In this document: piece by piece, positions 57,392-64,000 of the stretch
Layout of the letters: every line of letters begins with the position of its first letter
Position numbering within the stretch: the stretch's first letter is position 1
Assembly (NCBI GenBank): GCA_947053455.1
Contig: CAMRSV010000003.1
Span: forward strand, 1 to 64,000
From: an uncultured Alphaproteobacteria bacterium
GTDB taxonomy: Bacteria > Pseudomonadota > Alphaproteobacteria > Rs-D84
Reading direction: 5' to 3'
Length of the DNA: 64,000 nt
Notes under the pieces: model-generated
Told to the model about the DNA's origin: nothing
Databases searched by the model: none
Seen by the model: the letters and a program-made list of their open reading frames with translations, nothing else
Made by a program: the position numbers and the translations under genes

Positions 57392-57589
57392 CTATTTTAT
57401 CTTTTCGCGTTTATATAACTTTGCAGCCATATTTTCAATTTTTTCCGAAAACTTTATCATTTTAGTCAAAGTCCATGCACGAAGCATATAATCCATTCGC
57501 ACCAAATACCCCAAACTTTTGTTCGAGGACAAATTACGCATATAATCGCGGTGCTGCTCTAATAAATTTCTTGTAGTGCCCATTTTCAC
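57392..57589 (-). CDS. Small basic hypothetical protein
   Basis: ORF fills the spacer and is tightly coupled to the 41-aa ORF. Confidence 0.55.
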   Translation of the reverse strand: MKMGTTRNLLEQHRDYMRNLSSNKSLGYLVRMDYMLRAWTLTKMIKFSEKIENMAAKLYKREKIK

Positions 57590-57719
57590 TCTTTTTTAGT
57601 GCCCATAACAATACCAAAACCAGCATGTTTGTCAACACGTTTTTTTGGGTTTATTTCTTGACCAAAAGCCTAAAAATTTGCTATCTTTGGCATGTTATTA
57701 AAGGTAAGGAAAATCAAGT

Positions 57720-60482
57720 ATGTCTGAAAACATAAACCCAAATGAAATAAACGAAGTAAAAGTTCCACAATCATCGCTGGAACACGAAATGCGGACAAGT
57801 TTCCTGGATTATGCAATGTCGGTTATCGTTGACCGTGCGTTGCCCGATGTCCGTGACGGATGCAAACCAGTACACCGCAGAATACTGTATGTTATGAACG
57901 ATGTGGCACCGGCAACAAAACCCACAATAAAATCCGCCCGTATCGTCGGTGACGTTATGGGTAAATACCACCCGCACGGCGACAGTTCTATTTATGAGGC
58001 AATGGTTCGTATGGGCCAAGATTTTTCCATGGGTGAAACACTGGTTCAAGGGCAAGGTAACTTTGGTTCGCGTGACGGGGACAAGGCCGCGGCCATGCGT
58101 TATACAGAAGCGCGCCTATCAAAACTGGGTGCATCACTGATGGACGATATGGAAAAAGACACTGTTGATTGGCAGCCGAATTTTGACGGTTCACTACAAG
58201 AGCCTGTTGTTCTGCCAACAAAATTTCCGAACTTTCTGGTAAATGGCGGTTCGGGTATTGCAGTTGGTATGGCGACAAATGTTCCGACATACAACTTGGG
58301 GGAAATATGCAATGGAATACTTGCAATATTGGACAACCCGAAATTAACCGACGATGAATTGTTCACAATTATTCCAGGTCCTGATTTCCCAACTGGCGGC
58401 ATTATCATGGGGCACGCCGGCGCGTACAAAGCGCACACCACAGGTCGCGGTTCCATCATTGTCCGCGCAAAGGCGCACATGGAAAAATTCCATGACCACG
58501 AAGCGATTATTGTCGACGAAATACCCTATCAGGTTAACAAAGCGCAACTGATTGTAAAAATAGCTGAACTTATCAAAGACAAGCGCATAGAAGGTATTTC
58601 TGAAATCCGCGACGAATCATCCAAGGAAGGATTGCGTGTTGTAATTGAACTCAAACGCGATGCAATTTACGATGTTGTATTGAACCACTTGTTCCAGTAC
58701 ACAGAAATGCAGACAAACTTCCCGGTAAACATGATGGCGCTGAACCGCGGACGTCCTATGCTTTTCAATGTTCGCGGCGTACTGGACGCGTTCATCGAAT
58801 TCCGAACCGAGGTTATACGCCGCCGCACCATATTTGATTTGAACAAGGCACGCGCACGTGCGCATACGTTGCTGGGGCTGTCGGTTGCGGTTGGAAATCT
58901 GGACGAGGTTATTGAACTTATTAAATCCAGTCCCAACCCGGACGAGGCACGCGCGGCACTTATGGCGCGCGGATGGCGGGCATCTGATATTGAATCATAT
59001 ATCCAATTGATTGATGACCCGAATACAGAATACGAAAACGGAATGTTTCACATGTCCGAAGACCAGGCACGCGCAATTCTAGAATTGCAGTTACACCGGT
59101 TAACCGGGCTGGAACGTGACAAGATTCACAATGATTTAACTGCGCTTGGGGCATCAATCAAAGACCTGTTGGATATTTTGGGCAGCCATGAACGCATTGT
59201 TCAGATTATCCGTGAAGAAACCGTGTCGGTACGTGACAGCTGGTCATCTGACCGCCGCACGGAAATTTCTGATGCAGATGTAGATATCGATATTGAAGAC
59301 CTGATTGCACGTGAAGACATGGTTGTAACAGTTTCAAACACCGGATATATCAAACGTGTTGCGCTGGATACATACCGTGCCCAAAAGCGCGGCGGCAAGG
59401 GACGCAACGCCATGACCACCAAAGAAGACGATTATGTTGTTCAGGTGTTTGTCGCAAACACGCACACGCCGCTGCTGTTCTTTAGTTCAAAGGGGATATG
59501 CTACAAATTAAAAACATATAAATTACCAGAAGCGGCGGCCGCCGCCAAGGGACGGCCATTGGTAAATCTGTTGCCGTTATCCGCGGGCGAGACAATTACC
59601 GCAATTTTGCCAGTATCTGATGAGGACGCCCAACGCGTCGCGGCATCCGGCAAGGAACATTTCTTGATGTTTGCGACCGCATCGGGTACAGTGCGCCGTA
59701 ACCGTATGGCAGACTTTGATTCAATCCGCGCAAACGGGAAAATCGCAATGAAACTTGACGAAGGAGACAGCCTAATTTCCGTATTGCCCTGCGCCGAGGA
59801 TCAGGACGTATTCTTATCAACATACCGTGGACGCTGCATACGTTTCCCGGTTCCAGAAATCCGTATATTCGCAGGCCGCAATTCAACTGGTGTACGCGGT
59901 ATAACACTGGCATCTGATGATAAAATTATAGGTATGGCGATGCTGAATCACGGCGAAAGTGACAGCGCTGTGCGTGCCGCATATATCAAGCAGTCACGTG
60001 CCCTGCGCCGTATGCAGACCGGCATAGAAGAAGAAGCTGACAACGAAGAAGAAGCGACAAATCTGGTTCTGGACGATGCGACAATGGCGCGTATGGCGGC
60101 GGCCGAAGAGTTCATATTGACCGTGTCCGAAAACGGGTTTGGTAAACGCACAAGTTCATATGAATACCGTATCACACACCGTGGGGGCGGCGGATTTACC
60201 AATATCAAATTGGGCGGCAAAAACACCGCGGTTGCAGGTTCGTTCCCAGTGGCCGATGACCATGACATCATCATGGTGACCAATGGCGGAAAAATTATCC
60301 GCACCCCGGTCAAGGACGTTCGAATCGCAGGACGCGCAACCGCTGGTGTAACATTGCTGCGCACGGCGGAAAATGAAAAGGTTGTATCAGCCATTTCAAT
60401 TGCCGGCGAAGACGAAGAAGATGTGGTTGCCGACACAGATGAAGGCGCCGCATCAACGGACAACACCGAAACACAGGAATAA
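57720..60482 (+). CDS. gyrA: DNA gyrase subunit A
   Basis: [16 protein letters not shown], GyrA-box QKRGGKG, alphaproteobacterial CTD insertion. Confidence 0.99.
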   Translation: MSENINPNEINEVKVPQSSLEHEMRTSFLDYAMSVIVDRALPDVRDGCKPVHRRILYVMNDVAPATKPTIKSARIVGDVMGKYHPHGDSSIYEAMVRMGQDFSMGETLVQGQGNFGSRDGDKAAAMRYTEARLSKLGASLMDDMEKDTVDWQPNFDGSLQEPVVLPTKFPNFLVNGGSGIAVGMATNVPTYNLGEICNGILAILDNPKLTDDELFTIIPGPDFPTGGIIMGHAGAYKAHTTGRGSIIVRAKAHMEKFHDHEAIIVDEIPYQVNKAQLIVKIAELIKDKRIEGISEIRDESSKEGLRVVIELKRDAIYDVVLNHLFQYTEMQTNFPVNMMALNRGRPMLFNVRGVLDAFIEFRTEVIRRRTIFDLNKARARAHTLLGLSVAVGNLDEVIELIKSSPNPDEARAALMARGWRASDIESYIQLIDDPNTEYENGMFHMSEDQARAILELQLHRLTGLERDKIHNDLTALGASIKDLLDILGSHERIVQIIREETVSVRDSWSSDRRTEISDADVDIDIEDLIAREDMVVTVSNTGYIKRVALDTYRAQKRGGKGRNAMTTKEDDYVVQVFVANTHTPLLFFSSKGICYKLKTYKLPEAAAAAKGRPLVNLLPLSAGETITAILPVSDEDAQRVAASGKEHFLMFATASGTVRRNRMADFDSIRANGKIAMKLDEGDSLISVLPCAEDQDVFLSTYRGRCIRFPVPEIRIFAGRNSTGVRGITLASDDKIIGMAMLNHGESDSAVRAAYIKQSRALRRMQTGIEEEADNEEEATNLVLDDATMARMAAAEEFILTVSENGFGKRTSSYEYRITHRGGGGFTNIKLGGKNTAVAGSFPVADDHDIIMVTNGGKIIRTPVKDVRIAGRATAGVTLLRTAENEKVVSAISIAGEDEEDVVADTDEGAASTDNTETQE

Positions 60483-60494
60483 ATGGGGGCCGGC

Positions 60495-60869
60495 ATGGAT
60501 AATGAATACTTTGCATCAATAAACGATGTTTCAAAGCAATTAAATGTGCCGGCGCACACCCTGCGCTATTGGGAAAAGCAATTTCCGGTCGCCATTCGCC
60601 CCACAACCGGAAATGGTGGCCGGCGATATTATCGGGCAGAAACGGTACGGCGCCTGATGGTAATTCGTGACATGCTATATAAACACGGGCTGACAATTGC
60701 CGGGGTAAAAAAATTACTGCGGGATGGAAAATTACCGGATACGGCTGACGATTTTATGGCGGATGGAACCGCCGTACAAAAATCTGCCGTAACAGCATCA
60801 AAAAAAAACACGGACATAATAAACGCGGCGATAACAATGCTGGAACAGGCAAAAAACATATTGGCGTAA
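60495..60869 (+). CDS. MerR-family HTH regulator (ihfA-associated type)
   Basis: SINDVSKQLNVPAHTLRYWEKQF...GGRRYYR...LY.HGLTIAGVKK. Confidence 0.9.
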   Translation: MDNEYFASINDVSKQLNVPAHTLRYWEKQFPVAIRPTTGNGGRRYYRAETVRRLMVIRDMLYKHGLTIAGVKKLLRDGKLPDTADDFMADGTAVQKSAVTASKKNTDIINAAITMLEQAKNILA

Positions 60870-60887
60870 TACGTCGGGAAACAGACC

Positions 60888-61622
60888 ATGAATATTTTGC
60901 GGAAAATTCGCGCATCAATCGTAAATATAATTTGTACATTTATTCCAAACAAAATGACGCGGCATAAAGTTCGTGCCATAATGAATTCAGATATTTCAGG
61001 TTACCGGCGACTTATAAAACGCGACCTGGGGATGCCTATTAAAAAGATTAAATACATAACAGGGTTTCGCGGGCGCAATCTAATACTGGCCGTAAATGAT
61101 GAATATATTTATAAATTTCCGCTGCGTCATAGAAACGGCGATGTGGCAATACGCGAAAAACGCATTGTTGATGCGCTGCAACCCCTGTCTCCGATTGCAA
61201 TACCCGATGTAGATATACTGGAATACAAGGGAAAACTGGTACGTAAATATAAATTAATTCACGGGCTGCAAATAAATCAGATACCATTTAAAACAGTTAA
61301 TGCAAACAAGGAAAAACTGGCGCGGCAAATCGCAAAGTTTATGTATGAAATTGGTCGTGCCAATCCCAGCACTATACGCGACCTAAAACCAAATTCGGCG
61401 AAAAAACCCGGATATATGTATGGATGGAATCAAGGTGACATTTATGACAATTTTATAGTCAATACGGACACGATGAAAATCATTGCATTTATCGATTGGG
61501 AAGATAGCACATTTGGCGACTTCTCGCAGTTTATGCAGGGCGCCCGGTTTGAGAACGAGCAAATTTTAGTCCCATTGGTTCGTGCCGAATACGACAAATT
61601 ATACAAAAAAAGTTCAAAATAA
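60888..61622 (+). CDS. APH/choline-kinase-like phosphotransferase
   Basis: YIYKFP, REK, QGDIYDN (Brenner-like), FIDWED. Confidence 0.75.
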   Translation: MNILRKIRASIVNIICTFIPNKMTRHKVRAIMNSDISGYRRLIKRDLGMPIKKIKYITGFRGRNLILAVNDEYIYKFPLRHRNGDVAIREKRIVDALQPLSPIAIPDVDILEYKGKLVRKYKLIHGLQINQIPFKTVNANKEKLARQIAKFMYEIGRANPSTIRDLKPNSAKKPGYMYGWNQGDIYDNFIVNTDTMKIIAFIDWEDSTFGDFSQFMQGARFENEQILVPLVRAEYDKLYKKSSK

Positions 61623-61652
61623 AACACGCCCGCAATCGCGGGCATTTTTTTA

Positions 61653-62381
61653 TTATAAATTTTCCCAAGTGCATATGACTATGGCGTGTTCGGTATCATT
61701 CGTACGAATACGATGCCGCGACACATTGTCATCAATTGCAACATCAACCGATACCATTGGCGTATCAGGATTTATTTCTTTCTTAAAATTTATTTCAATG
61801 CATTTCAATTTATGCTGATTACGATATGCATACCCAACGCTTTCAGTTGCCCAAACGGCATAAACAGCATTATTTATATGCTGATTTACATCTATATCGT
61901 CAAAACGGCATTTCATTTCATGCGTTTTTTGTGGTTCAAAATCTGGAAATTTTTCAAAAGTACGATTCCATGCACGATTTGGATTTGTCATCCATAGCGG
62001 CAAGTTTTCATCCAATCGCAATGGACGACGCTGCGCCATATCAATTAAAATCCATTGCGATGTCGCCCGTACCATCAGACGATTGTCAGAACCGCGAACT
62101 TCAAAATCACGTGTTGCACGCAACGCATCCTGGTTTGATGGCCATGTGATAAAAGTCAATTCCTCACCCTCACACGGCAATTCTATAATATCGACCAAGT
62201 AATGCGTCACAACCCATGCCATGTTGTGTTCCAACAAAAACGTGCGCCCACACCCCAGTATTTCGGCATGCTTGTCCGCCATACCCTGCAGTTCATTCAT
62301 CAGGATAAGCGGCCGCACATTACCATATCGGTCACATTGATATGCCTGCAAAACACGTTTTTCAATCAGTTGTTCGGCCAT
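61653..62381 (-). CDS. Acyl-ACP thioesterase (FatA-type double hotdog)
   Basis: CDRYG, WVVT, RDF, SQWILID..RRP, DIDVNQHINN..Y. Confidence 0.9.
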   Translation of the reverse strand: MAEQLIEKRVLQAYQCDRYGNVRPLILMNELQGMADKHAEILGCGRTFLLEHNMAWVVTHYLVDIIELPCEGEELTFITWPSNQDALRATRDFEVRGSDNRLMVRATSQWILIDMAQRRPLRLDENLPLWMTNPNRAWNRTFEKFPDFEPQKTHEMKCRFDDIDVNQHINNAVYAVWATESVGYAYRNQHKLKCIEINFKKEINPDTPMVSVDVAIDDNVSRHRIRTNDTEHAIVICTWENL

Positions 62382-62385
62382 TATA

Positions 62386-63999
62386 TCACCCTTGGACTGG
62401 GTTTTGTGCAACGACAAAATCAATCGCGTCACCCAAATGAATTTCATTTGCACGCGCAGCTGATTTTATAAGCCCGTGTAAAGTATTCGGTGTAGACGCC
62501 GGGATTGTCAATGATTCCAATCTGGCACCGTTTCCAACCTTGCGTTCTGTACGCAGTCCACGTACATTTTTTAGAATATCAAGCGCCACCTGCATATCGG
62601 CAGTGTCCGTGTCGCGCGCCGCATCCACCGATGGATATTCGGTCAAGTGCAATGTCAAACCGCCTTCGGTCGGTTGATAAATCTTTTGCCACAATTGTTC
62701 GGTCACAAACGGGATAAACGGCGCATAAAGACCGATTATCGCGCGCAGAACTTCAAACAAAGTCCACTGGGCGGCAATTTTTGATTCCGCACTGTATTTT
62801 TCAGGTGCCCAGAATCTATCCTTGATGAATTCCACATACTGATCACAGAACACATCATAGAAGAACGTATCAATCGCGGCACGTGAATTATAATTATCAT
62901 ACTTATCCAAATTGCGACGAACATCCGCCACAGCCTTGTTCAATTCCGATAGAATCCAGCGATCTTCGATAAAACGGGATGCAACCGGTACACTCAATGC
63001 TGTTTTCGGGTCAAAGTCATCCAAATACATCAGAACGAATTTCGCAACGTTCCAAAGTTTTGTAAGCAACTTGCTGCCACGTTTGACTTCGTCATCACTG
63101 TAACGAATATCTGTTCCAATCGGGGCGGTCGCCACCCAGTAACGCAACGCATCGGCACCGAATTTTTCAATAACAGTTAACGGGTCGGTTCCGTTACCCT
63201 TGGTCTTGGACATTTTCTGTCCCTTGGCATCACGCACCAGGCCGTGAAAATTCACTGTCTTAAACGGTACACGTCCCATCACGTACATGCCCATCATCAT
63301 CATGCGCGCCACCCAGAAAAATATTATATCCGCACCGGTGTACAACAAACTTGTCGGATAGTATTTTTTGAGTTCATCTGTTTCATCCGGCCAGCCAAGC
63401 GTTGAAAACGGCCACAGGGCAGATGAAAACCAAGTATCCAGACACGCATCTTCACGCGTTAATGTTTTGCCGCCGGATTGTTTTACGGCCTCTTGCTCGG
63501 TTTCGGCGACATAGATATTACCATCGGCGTCATACCATGCGGGAATCTGGTGTCCCCACCATAATTGCCGTGAAATTGACCATTCGTGAATATCCCGCAT
63601 CCACGCCATAAACAGATTGTATCTGTGTTCCGGCATAAATTTTGTATCGCCGTTTTCCACCGCACGTATCGCCGCCACGGCTAATTTTTCGGCATCAACA
63701 AACCACTCGTCACGCACCATGTATTCAATCACAACGCCACCACGTTCAGAATATGGCGTTGCAATTTTCTTGTCCTCGATTTTTATCAACAGACCAGCCG
63801 CATCAATATCCTTGATAATTTCGGCCCGCGCCACAAATCTGTCCATGCCGCGATACTTTTCGGGCACAACATCAATATCCGCCATTTTTGCAGCCGCGGT
63901 CAATATGCACACGGGTGTCAAATCATGACGCAGTCCCACCGCCCAGTCATCCTTGTCATGAGCCGGCGTGATTTTTACGGCCCCCGTTCCCTTTTCCGG
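62386..63999 (-). CDS. valS: Valyl-tRNA synthetase, 5'-truncated by the window edge
   Basis: GTGAVKITPAHD at the edge, WSISRQLWWGHQIP, LDTWFSSALWP, KMSK. Confidence 0.96.
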   Translation of the reverse strand, partial: PEKGTGAVKITPAHDKDDWAVGLRHDLTPVCILTAAAKMADIDVVPEKYRGMDRFVARAEIIKDIDAAGLLIKIEDKKIATPYSERGGVVIEYMVRDEWFVDAEKLAVAAIRAVENGDTKFMPEHRYNLFMAWMRDIHEWSISRQLWWGHQIPAWYDADGNIYVAETEQEAVKQSGGKTLTREDACLDTWFSSALWPFSTLGWPDETDELKKYYPTSLLYTGADIIFFWVARMMMMGMYVMGRVPFKTVNFHGLVRDAKGQKMSKTKGNGTDPLTVIEKFGADALRYWVATAPIGTDIRYSDDEVKRGSKLLTKLWNVAKFVLMYLDDFDPKTALSVPVASRFIEDRWILSELNKAVADVRRNLDKYDNYNSRAAIDTFFYDVFCDQYVEFIKDRFWAPEKYSAESKIAAQWTLFEVLRAIIGLYAPFIPFVTEQLWQKIYQPTEGGLTLHLTEYPSVDAARDTDTADMQVALDILKNVRGLRTERKVGNGARLESLTIPASTPNTLHGLIKSAARANEIHLGDAIDFVVAQNPVQG

Positions 64000-64000
64000 G

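Overview
Core-genome window of an anaerobic, fermentative Alphaproteobacterium. The lineage call is inferred from GapR/DUF2312, the alphaproteobacterial GyrA CTD insertion, a nifJ-type PFOR and Cys-rich secreted orphans; it resembles gut Rs-D84/'Enterousia'-like MAGs. Housekeeping content: tRNA-Trp-secE-nusG-rplKAJL-rpoBC, rpmF-plsX, fabH-ihfA, mraZ, carD, bamE, yidC-lspA, rsmA-recR, pyk, gyrA, rpmH, partial valS and 4 tRNAs. I found no CRISPR, integrase, transposase or phage structural genes. Most notable observations: (1) a ~120-170 nt structured RNA element present twice (14.7 kb and 41.3 kb), each behind its own sigma70-like promoter and upstream of an unrelated gene, with covarying long-range pairings and a frame-conserved leader peptide (VNILNK...); (2) an EcoRI-family adenine methyltransferase followed by a signal-peptide protein that appears to fuse a restriction-enzyme-like DNA-recognition domain to a staphylococcal nuclease; (3) a stand-alone virB8-virB9(SPOR)-virB10 T4SS core with unusual extra domains; (4) a 40-unit degenerate pentamer array downstream of mraZ; (5) a tRNA-Trp-derived mini-element with a split T-loop; (6) an RND pump lacking the proton-relay residues, paired with a hairpin-less adaptor; (7) an apparently chimeric ValRS. 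All family assignments are from motif recognition only; no database searches were run.
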